From an uncultured Bacteroidota bacterium (lineage in GTDB: Bacteria; Bacteroidota; Bacteroidia; Chitinophagales; Chitinophagaceae), in NCBI GenBank assembly GCA_903910765.1, contig CAIWBA010000291.1, positions 147,492 to 211,491 on the forward strand: DNA of 64,000 bases, given 5' to 3'. Below are positions 57,263 through 64,000 of this stretch, piece by piece (the first letter of the stretch is position 1; each line of letters starts with the position of its first letter). The notes under the pieces are model-generated. The model was not told the DNA's origin. It searched no databases and worked only from the letters and a program-made list of their open reading frames with translations. The position numbers and the translations under genes were made by a program.

Positions 57263-57835
57263 TTAGTCTGCAAGTCCCATAATTTCTTCAAGAACCCTAA
57301 TTGAGTCAGTTGAATCATTATGTAAAATACCAGTTCCACCAGCATCTGTCCACTTATTTAATTTTGTATCAAAGTCATCAATTAGGATATCGTATGAATC
57401 TCTAGCATACTTCCATTTTTCTTGATCTAATACAATTCTAGTACTACTAGTAAAGTCTTCAGGATTAGTAACTGGAACCTCATCAATATGTAAGTGTAAT
57501 TTAATCCATTTTGCTTTACCAGCTAAACATTCAGGACTTTGGCTAGGAGCAGATAAGATAATTGGATTATATTGTTTTAAGTAGTCCCATAATTCTCTGC
57601 CGTCTTTTGTCCATGGTAGGTCTGCCCAAAAATCTTCGCCTAATGTATCTAAGATTGGCCAAATCGAATTTTTGCCATTTGCCTTTTCATACTCATATGG
57701 AGAAAGTTTTTCAGGGTTTTCAGAAATTTCCATAAAACCTCGGTTAAAGTCAACTAAGACTCCATCTAAATCACAAAAAATTGTGTATTTTCCGCCTCTT
57801 TTTTCAAAGAGAAATTGTTTAAATTTTTTAAGCAT
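57263..57835 (-). CDS. HAD 5'(3')-deoxyribonucleotidase-like protein with capsid-targeting-like N-terminus
   Basis: IFCDLDGVLVDF, ILSAP, GKAKW, ILIDD; start MLKKFKQFLFE. Confidence 0.8.
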   Translation of the reverse strand: MLKKFKQFLFEKRGGKYTIFCDLDGVLVDFNRGFMEISENPEKLSPYEYEKANGKNSIWPILDTLGEDFWADLPWTKDGRELWDYLKQYNPIILSAPSQSPECLAGKAKWIKLHLHIDEVPVTNPEDFTSSTRIVLDQEKWKYARDSYDILIDDFDTKLNKWTDAGGTGILHNDSTDSIRVLEEIMGLAD

Positions 57836-58160
57836 TTTCTTTAAGTTCAAATTGTGTATCTTGATCCTTATTTATTATAGCTAATAGATCATTTGCTATT
57901 ACTAAGTGATAGCCTACTCCATCCCATGTTACATCAAGGCCTGAATATCTTTGGTATAAAACTTTATCTCCAGCTTTAACTGGACAACCTGAATTATTAG
58001 GAACTGCATGTCCTACTGAGATTACGGTTCCGGTATTTGGGCGTTTACGTGCATCAACTGATAAAATAATACCTGTTTCTGTTTTTTTCTCTACTGTATC
58101 TGGTAAAACCAGAAGTCTTTCGAATAGCGGCTGAAAGCCTGTTTTAATATCAACACTCAT
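57828..58160 (-). CDS. groES: Co-chaperonin GroES-like (functional analogue of T4 gp31)
   Basis: PLFERLLV, KTETGIIL, GTVISVG, VKAGDKVLY..YSG, DLLAII. Confidence 0.9.
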   Translation of the reverse strand: MSVDIKTGFQPLFERLLVLPDTVEKKTETGIILSVDARKRPNTGTVISVGHAVPNNSGCPVKAGDKVLYQRYSGLDVTWDGVGYHLVIANDLLAIINKDQDTQFELKENA

Positions 58161-59272
58161 TAGTATCTATAGTTTTTTTTGAATTTGTAATAATTAAATT
58201 TACGTCTAGCAGTTAAGTCGACACTGGCTTTAATTGACTCCAGTACTTCAGTTGGAAATAGTTTTGTATTTAATCTGACTAGGGTCTTATTGCGTTGAAT
58301 ATTATTTTCAAGCGTTTTAGATTCACCAGGATCCTTTATCTTTAGAGTATCACATGATACTTCACGAATTGAGTTAAAGAACCCAGAATCACCAGAATCA
58401 ATTAGAGAAATAACATCTTGCCAATTATAAGATTCCTTAATGTGATCAATTACCCTTGATACTTTAGAGGCAGTCATTTTTGGATGAACTCTTGGAATAT
58501 TATCAGAACTATCACCAGCTAAACATTTAGTTAAAATATCTAGGGTTGGATCAACTGTTAAGTGCTGATAATCTTTTTGAGTTAAGTCATTTATTATATT
58601 AGTAACGGCTGAGTTGTCAATTGCTTCAATATCAAAATCAAATAGATTAACCTCTGGTGAATTTTCAACTTTACCAAAATCTTCAGTTGTATAAATCTTT
58701 TTATACTTAGTCATCTGCTTTGGCATAATTAAAATAACTTTGCGTTTGTTACTTTCTAATAATTGAGTTAAGTCTTTGTCTACTGACCAGATACAAATAT
58801 CTTCTTTTAGATTTTCGCAAATGTAAGCAATCAAGTCATCACCTTCTGCTCCAGGAACACGATTAACAACAACACCATATTCGTCAGAGATTATATTAAG
58901 AATCTCAGTCTGAAAGTATTCAAAGAATAGGTATATTTTGTCATCGTATTTACGTTGTCCTTTATAACTAAAGTCTCCTTCTCCATGAGTTTCAAAATGT
59001 TCCTTAATATATTTTTTTCTCCAACTCTTAGAGTCAAATACAAAAAATACTGATTGGATATTTTCCTTAAATGGAGCAAGGATACTTCCAAAATAATTAG
59101 TTGAAAATGATTTGAACGAATCTTTACTTCCTTGTTTAAGAATAAATTTATCGTCATTTAATAAATCACTAACGTAATACTTTTCACCAATTCGCTTGTC
59201 ATTTGCAAGAATATTTTTAACAATACTTACTGCAACATTTAAAAAAGCATTTCCGTCTATGATTAAGTTCAT
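58160..59272 (-). CDS. rnh: 5'-3' exonuclease / RNase H (T4 rnh-like)
   Basis: IIDGN, VFDSKSWRK, YKGQR, EGDDLIA, SVDKDLTQL, GDSSDNIP. Confidence 0.88.
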   Translation of the reverse strand: MNLIIDGNAFLNVAVSIVKNILANDKRIGEKYYVSDLLNDDKFILKQGSKDSFKSFSTNYFGSILAPFKENIQSVFFVFDSKSWRKKYIKEHFETHGEGDFSYKGQRKYDDKIYLFFEYFQTEILNIISDEYGVVVNRVPGAEGDDLIAYICENLKEDICIWSVDKDLTQLLESNKRKVILIMPKQMTKYKKIYTTEDFGKVENSPEVNLFDFDIEAIDNSAVTNIINDLTQKDYQHLTVDPTLDILTKCLAGDSSDNIPRVHPKMTASKVSRVIDHIKESYNWQDVISLIDSGDSGFFNSIREVSCDTLKIKDPGESKTLENNIQRNKTLVRLNTKLFPTEVLESIKASVDLTARRKFNYYKFKKNYRY

Positions 59273-59278
59273 TTTATT

Positions 59279-59560
59279 TTAATTAGTTGGTTGTTTGGGT
59301 ACTTGTAATTTTTTTATTGCTTTTACAATAAGTTCAGACTCCTCTAACGTAAATATTCCTTTAGCTTGACAGTGATTAGCTGATGCTACTAAAATAAGAA
59401 CTGCATGTTCAGGAGTTAAATTTAGTAAAAAGTTTTCGTAATCTTCAAGGTTAGTATAACTAATTGAAGAAAGTAGAGTAGCTATTGGAGCAGCCTCAGG
59501 TTGATTTGCGTCAACCTGAGGAGCTTCAACTACTGGCGGAGTTTTTGGTGTTTTTGCCAT
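59279..59560 (-). CDS. Hypothetical protein
   Basis: 93 aa between ssb and rnh. Confidence 0.65.
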   Translation of the reverse strand: MAKTPKTPPVVEAPQVDANQPEAAPIATLLSSISYTNLEDYENFLLNLTPEHAVLILVASANHCQAKGIFTLEESELIVKAIKKLQVPKQPTN

Positions 59561-59580
59561 TGTGTAGTTAATTATATTTT

Positions 59581-60630
59581 TTATAAATCTGCAAATAATT
59601 CATCTAAATCATCAGCTTTTCCAGAAGCTGCAGGTTTAGCAATAGGCGTAGGCGCTGGAGCAGTTAATTCAAAGTTATCATCTAAACTAATTGATGAACT
59701 TGTATTTTTTACTGCTGGAGCTGGAGTGAATTCAATATCTTCTCCAAGTGGCGCTTGTGTTCTAGCAACTGGACTTGATAATTTGAAGTGTTTCTTCATT
59801 CTCTCATCTTTAGTATTTGAAACTAAGTTGTCAATGATTTGTTTGTATGGAATAATTGCTTTAATATAGTCAGCAACTTTTTCATATTCAACATCAGTCC
59901 ATTCTTTTAAGAAATACTGACTCATATCTGGAGAATTCTTTTTAAAGTATTCACTTACGAATTGCATAACTTTAGGTTCAGTTGATACTGGAATTTCCTT
60001 ACCTTGAGTTGAGATAATTAATGGGCTAACTTCATTCATGAATTTACTAGCACTAAAATCTCTCCATGCTTTTGTTTTACGCTTGATAACTAGAACAAAG
60101 TCCTTACCTGTAGTAAGTGAGAATGGATTAATTTTTTGAGTTGTAACTAATTCCTGTTCAGGATTAATTTCTTGTTGGATTAAGTTGTCAATTGTATAAC
60201 CATATGAGTATACTTTGATTTTACCTTCCAATGTTGGAAATTGAGGATCCTTCTTTACATAAACGCAAGAATAGTAATTGTAATACCGATTGAAATACTT
60301 TTGAATCTCTTCAACAATTGAAGGCTCTTCATTTTTTAATCGTTTTAATTCTAAATCAAGAGTCCAAAGAATTGATGATGCTCCAGTAGTTGACGGACAA
60401 TCTACATACAGTTTTTCATTAGTTAATGGATTGATTAATTTAGCCGCATATTTTTTATAGCGACTCTTAGTTGGATCGGTTACCCATGGGATAAAACGAA
60501 TAACTGATTTGTAAATACCGTTTTGACCTTGGTCTGGACCGGGATTGTACATGTTCTCGTCGACTTTGCGACCAGCGGATGATGATTTACCTGAGAAATC
60601 ATCGAGGTTGAGATTGAATAGATCTTCCAT
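59581..60630 (-). CDS. gp32: Single-stranded DNA-binding protein (T4 gp32-like)
   Basis: VIRFIP, DCPST, GKIKVYSYG, NPFSLTTGKDF; acidic tail DDLDELFADL. Confidence 0.85.
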   Translation of the reverse strand: MEDLFNLNLDDFSGKSSSAGRKVDENMYNPGPDQGQNGIYKSVIRFIPWVTDPTKSRYKKYAAKLINPLTNEKLYVDCPSTTGASSILWTLDLELKRLKNEEPSIVEEIQKYFNRYYNYYSCVYVKKDPQFPTLEGKIKVYSYGYTIDNLIQQEINPEQELVTTQKINPFSLTTGKDFVLVIKRKTKAWRDFSASKFMNEVSPLIISTQGKEIPVSTEPKVMQFVSEYFKKNSPDMSQYFLKEWTDVEYEKVADYIKAIIPYKQIIDNLVSNTKDERMKKHFKLSSPVARTQAPLGEDIEFTPAPAVKNTSSSISLDDNFELTAPAPTPIAKPAASGKADDLDELFADL

Positions 60631-60658
60631 GTTTATAAATGTTTAATAATTTAATAGA

Positions 60659-60685
60659 ATTGTACTAATAAAGTGATAAGAGTTT
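60659..60685 (-). promoter_or_regulatory. Early/middle promoter motif AAAC-N17-TACAAT
   Basis: Upstream of ssb. Confidence 0.55.
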
Positions 60686-60690
60686 TCAAA

Positions 60691-60724
60691 AAATAAGGGC
60701 AAGTTTTAAAACCTGCCCTTATTT
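60691..60724. terminator. Hairpin, likely terminator
   Basis: AAATAAGGGCA...TGCCCTTATTT. Confidence 0.7.
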
Positions 60725-60749
60725 GTGACTTTATTAGAATAAAAAAGAA

Positions 60750-60956
60750 TTAGGCTTTAGTATCAACCTTAGCTCCTTGAACGTGAGTACGTCCTTCTTG
60801 ACAAAGTGCTTTAATGTCTTGAAGCACTTTACGAGTTCTAGTTCCTGCTGATTTATTTCCTTTTTCATAGAATTTTCCAGCTTCTGCTTCTAATTGAGAA
60901 ACTTGTTCCTTTAATGATGTTAACCATGTAGGTGTAGATGTTGTAGATGTTGTCAT
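60750..60956 (-). CDS. Histone H1-like protein (Hc1 family)
   Basis: EKGNKSAGTRTRK motif typical of the Hc1 N-terminal domain. Confidence 0.75.
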   Translation of the reverse strand: MTTSTTSTPTWLTSLKEQVSQLEAEAGKFYEKGNKSAGTRTRKVLQDIKALCQEGRTHVQGAKVDTKA

Positions 60957-60976
60957 AATTTCAAATATTTTTTTAT

Positions 60977-61003
60977 CTTATATTTGAGAAATCCACCCGG
61001 TTT
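60977..61003 (-). promoter_or_regulatory. Early/middle promoter motif AAAC-N17-TATAAG
   Basis: Upstream of the Hc1-like gene. Confidence 0.55.
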
Positions 61004-61009
61004 TAAATA

Positions 61010-61735
61010 TTATTGATATTTATTTGAAAATTTAGCTGCTGGGTAAACTTTTTTAGCAAAATTAACCCAACCCGTCATTACTCTGTCAAATTCCAGTTCT
61101 GAAATTATAGCAGTTTCAACAAATGGAGATAAGTATTCAGCAAATGCTTGATCCAATGTAATTCTTTTCTTTTTTGCAGCAGCATACATTCCAGCTACCA
61201 TTGCAGGAACTTCGTCTAATAATAAAAAATACTTATATGAATTTTCAGCCTTTGACCTTGCGTTTTTTGGAGCATTGACAATATGGCCGTGTCTTTTGTT
61301 AATACCTTTTTGTAAAAGGTGCTCAAGTTCATGGCGAATATTATCAATTAATTTATAATTTAAGTCTGCATAACACTGAGGTTCAGCATCAGGACTAATA
61401 TAAACAACAATTTCAATTTCAGGTTCTTCGGTAGCAGTTTCATTTGGGATATAGGCATCTGCATTTATTGCAAAACCTTTATTTTCAAAATTAATTACTT
61501 CCCAAGGAAGTCCGCTAAAATCTTTAGATTCAGATGGATTAAATTCATCAACTCTAACTATCTTAATTAAAATTGTAAATTCTAATGGATCAATATATTC
61601 AAACTGGTTAGATAGTTCCTTATTTAATTTAGCACCAGCTGTTTTTTTAACAAAACCAAATACGTCTTTTGCAAAAATAGAGGTAAGCGAATCATATTTT
61701 GATTCAGTTATAAATTGTACAAATCGTTTTATCAT
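61010..61735 (-). CDS. Putative zincin metallopeptidase with capsid-targeting-like N-terminus
   Basis: MIKRFVQFITES; RHELEHLLQ and downstream DEVPA. Confidence 0.65.
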   Translation of the reverse strand: MIKRFVQFITESKYDSLTSIFAKDVFGFVKKTAGAKLNKELSNQFEYIDPLEFTILIKIVRVDEFNPSESKDFSGLPWEVINFENKGFAINADAYIPNETATEEPEIEIVVYISPDAEPQCYADLNYKLIDNIRHELEHLLQKGINKRHGHIVNAPKNARSKAENSYKYFLLLDEVPAMVAGMYAAAKKKRITLDQAFAEYLSPFVETAIISELEFDRVMTGWVNFAKKVYPAAKFSNKYQ

Positions 61736-62304
61736 TATTTAGACTTAATAAAATTTACATTTAACTTATTAGTAAATGGTACTAATTTACCATCAAATTC
61801 TATATCAATATCACCTTTATCTATACCTAGTTTCTTAGCAGATGATGCGGATTTTAGTTTGTCATAAACTTCTTTATCTAGAAAACCTTTACCTCTAAGC
61901 GCATCAACTATTTCAACTTTTTTTGAATCTAATTGATTATCAGTAATCCATTTGTCTAAATCTACCTGTTTGATTTGGTATTCTTTATAACGCTTAACAC
62001 CTCCACCGTCTGTATATTTAGAGTGCCATTTTTTATCATGATCTAATAAAACAATATTAATATCACTACCATCACTAGGTCCTGCTACTGGAGCATTTGG
62101 ATCAACTGGTAAAACTGATGCGGCAAATGGATCACTTGATGGAACTCCCATATCAGTAGGTGGCATAGAATTTTCATCAGGTAATGGAGCAGGCTCAGAA
62201 GGAGCTGGCGTAATTTCAGCTGGCGGCGGCTCAACTGGTGGTGGAGTAGGGGCTTCGTCTGCCTCTAATAATAACTTAAATTGTCTAAAGTCTAAAATTC
62301 CCAT
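61735..62304 (-). CDS. Putative internal head protein with Pro-rich linker
   Basis: MGILDFRQFKLLLEA; TATAAATAAC at 62324-62333 on the minus strand. Confidence 0.7.
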   Translation of the reverse strand: MGILDFRQFKLLLEADEAPTPPPVEPPPAEITPAPSEPAPLPDENSMPPTDMGVPSSDPFAASVLPVDPNAPVAGPSDGSDINIVLLDHDKKWHSKYTDGGGVKRYKEYQIKQVDLDKWITDNQLDSKKVEIVDALRGKGFLDKEVYDKLKSASSAKKLGIDKGDIDIEFDGKLVPFTNKLNVNFIKSK

Positions 62305-62323
62305 AAGTAGTCTATTTGTTACT

Positions 62324-62333
62324 GTTATTTATA
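62324..62333 (-). promoter_or_regulatory. Late promoter TATAAATAAC
   Basis: Exact T4 consensus before the 62304 and 61735 genes. Confidence 0.7.
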
Positions 62334-62336
62334 AAC

Positions 62337-62361
62337 AAAAATAGGAGCGCGAGGCTCCTAC
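62337..62361 (-). terminator. Intrinsic terminator after nrdA
   Basis: TAGGAGC stem/GCTCCTA with T-tract on the minus strand. Confidence 0.7.
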
Positions 62362-62381
62362 TTAAGTTATAGTAGGTTAGA

Positions 62382-64000
62382 TTATGATCCGCAGGCCTCA
62401 CATGCCTCAGGATTATCAAGAGAACATGAAATATTATCTAAATTCTCAGCATCATCTATGATTATTGGTGAAAATATTGGAACTGGCTGAGGAGCTTTTG
62501 CTGCTGTATTTAAACCTAATCCAGCAATTGCTGAACTTGCTGCTTCAGTTCTAAGGTAGTACATACCTGTTTTTAAACCTCTTTTCCATGAATGGAAATG
62601 GGCAGATGTTAATTTTGCAGTATTTACATCTCTAAAGAATAGATTTAGGGATTGCGACTGGCAAATAAATTTACCTCGGTCAGCTGACATATCAATTATA
62701 GTCTTTTGAGAAATTTCCCAAACTGTTTTATAAACTGATCTTAACTCTTCAGGAATTTCGGTAATATTTTGAACTGATCCTTTTTCTAAAATAATACGGT
62801 TTCTCATATTATCTCCCCAAAGACCTAATTCAGCAAGATCTCTAACTAAGTGTTTATTAACAACAATAAACTCTCCAGCTAACGTTCTACGAGTTCCAAT
62901 ATTTGAGGTAAATGCTTCAAATGCTTCGTTATTACCCATAATTTGAGCAGTTGACGCAGTTGGCATAGGTGCAAGTAATAGGGAATTTCTTGCTCCGTGT
63001 TTCATAAGTTTTTTACGAAGAGCTGACCAATTCCAACGACCTGATAATTGGTCTTCATTAACTTCCCAAAGATTAAATTGAAATTGACCGGTACTTAATG
63101 GAGAACCTTGATATGATTCATATGCTCCATCCTTTTTTGCAAGATCAACTGATGCATCCATTGCAGCATAGTAAATAGTTTCAAAAATTTCATTATTTAA
63201 TTTTTTTGACTCTTCTCCACCAAATTCCAATCCCATTATTGCAAAGGTATCAGCTAATCCTTGAATACCTATTCCAATTGGACGGTGTTTTAAGTTAGAC
63301 GTCTTAGTTTCAATAGTAGGATAAAAATTTACATCAATTACTTTATTTAAGTTTAGAGTAGTTTGATATGATACATCATATAAAGCATCGTGGTCATATT
63401 CGCAATGTGGTTTTTTTAATTTACCAGTACGCTTTCCTACCACAATAAATTGGTTTACTGGAATTGAAGCTAAATTACATACAGCTTGTTCATCCTTTGA
63501 TGTATACTCAATAATTTCAGTACATAAGTTTGAAGATTTAATTGTTCCTAAATTCTTTTGATTTGATTTACGATTAGCTGAATCTTTAAAAAGAATATAT
63601 GGTGTTCCAGTCTCAACTTGAGATTCAAGAATTTTTTGCCATAGTGTTCTGGCTTTCATAGTATGACGACCTTTTCCTTCTTCTTCAAGTCTTACATAAT
63701 TACTTTCAAATTCTTCTCCGTACATTTCCCAAAGTTCACAGTCAATTTCAGCTGGACAAAATAGTGTCCAATCTCCATCTTCTTCAACTCGCTTCATAAA
63801 AAGATCAGGAGTCCACATAGCTAAGAAAAGGTCCCTAGCTCTACGTTCTTCTTTACCGTGGTTCTTTCTTAAATCTAAAAAGTCTTCAACATCTGCATGC
63901 CAAGGTTCTAAGTAAATAGCAAAAGATCCTTTACGTTTTCCTCCGCCTTGATCAACATAGCGGGCAGTCTCATTATAAACCTTTAACATTGGAATAATTC
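62382..64000 (-). CDS. nrdA: Class Ia ribonucleotide reductase alpha subunit, 5' part outside the window
   Basis: Protein is read from the minus strand (track says +); GGKRKG, SNLCTE, VCNLAS, PTASTA, C-terminal CSL..CEAC. Confidence 0.95.
   Translation of the reverse strand, partial: IIPMLKVYNETARYVDQGGGKRKGSFAIYLEPWHADVEDFLDLRKNHGKEERRARDLFLAMWTPDLFMKRVEEDGDWTLFCPAEIDCELWEMYGEEFESNYVRLEEEGKGRHTMKARTLWQKILESQVETGTPYILFKDSANRKSNQKNLGTIKSSNLCTEIIEYTSKDEQAVCNLASIPVNQFIVVGKRTGKLKKPHCEYDHDALYDVSYQTTLNLNKVIDVNFYPTIETKTSNLKHRPIGIGIQGLADTFAIMGLEFGGEESKKLNNEIFETIYYAAMDASVDLAKKDGAYESYQGSPLSTGQFQFNLWEVNEDQLSGRWNWSALRKKLMKHGARNSLLLAPMPTASTAQIMGNNEAFEAFTSNIGTRRTLAGEFIVVNKHLVRDLAELGLWGDNMRNRIILEKGSVQNITEIPEELRSVYKTVWEISQKTIIDMSADRGKFICQSQSLNLFFRDVNTAKLTSAHFHSWKRGLKTGMYYLRTEAASSAIAGLGLNTAAKAPQPVPIFSPIIIDDAENLDNISCSLDNPEACEACGS

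Noticed and set aside
62382-63989. ORF track lists nrdA on the plus strand as a complete 535-aa gene
   Set aside because: The translation matches the reverse complement, and the frame stays open to the window edge, so it is a minus-strand, 5'-truncated gene.
1-64000. Stop-codon reassignment as in some large phages
   Set aside because: Core genes are intact in the standard code, and TAG and TGA both end genes at sensible positions.
1-64000. tRNA, rRNA, integrase, transposase, homing endonuclease, reverse transcriptase
   Set aside because: No cloverleaf or diagnostic motifs recognised; a tRNAscan-SE/Infernal run is needed to exclude divergent RNAs.

Overview
AT-rich 64-kb segment of a large (probably jumbo) T4-like myovirus genome; it contains no host chromosomal context. 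T4-type virion genes are present but dispersed rather than clustered: portal, head completion, protease-scaffold fusion, major capsid, neck, baseplate module, tail tube and a 1016-aa sheath. Replication and recombination genes include a DNA polymerase B split into two genes about 38 kb apart, primase, helicase, SSB, 5'-3' exonuclease, UvsX/W/Y and gp46/47. Nucleotide metabolism and chaperone genes include partial NrdA, dCMP deaminase, a dUTPase/dCTPase, ClpC, DnaJ and GroES. Several indirect signs point to a Bacteroidota host. Most notable: (1) at least 13 accessory proteins start with a shared peptide resembling the T4 capsid-targeting sequence, implying a large packaged and injected cargo that includes a HExxH protease, a HAD nucleotidase and a Lys-rich repeat protein; (2) the thymidylate-synthase homologue has the Asp specificity residue of dCMP-modifying enzymes, suggesting modified cytosine; (3) a HAD phosphatase/kinase/RNA-ligase-fold plus HIGH nucleotidyltransferase cluster; (4) two promoter classes (ATAAATAAC late; WAAC-N17/18-TA.. 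before replication genes); (5) a structured intergenic RNA candidate and an iteron-like locus. No tRNA, rRNA, CRISPR array or mobile element was recognised. All calls come from motif reading without database searches. The ORF track mislabels the strand of the last gene (nrdA is on the minus strand).
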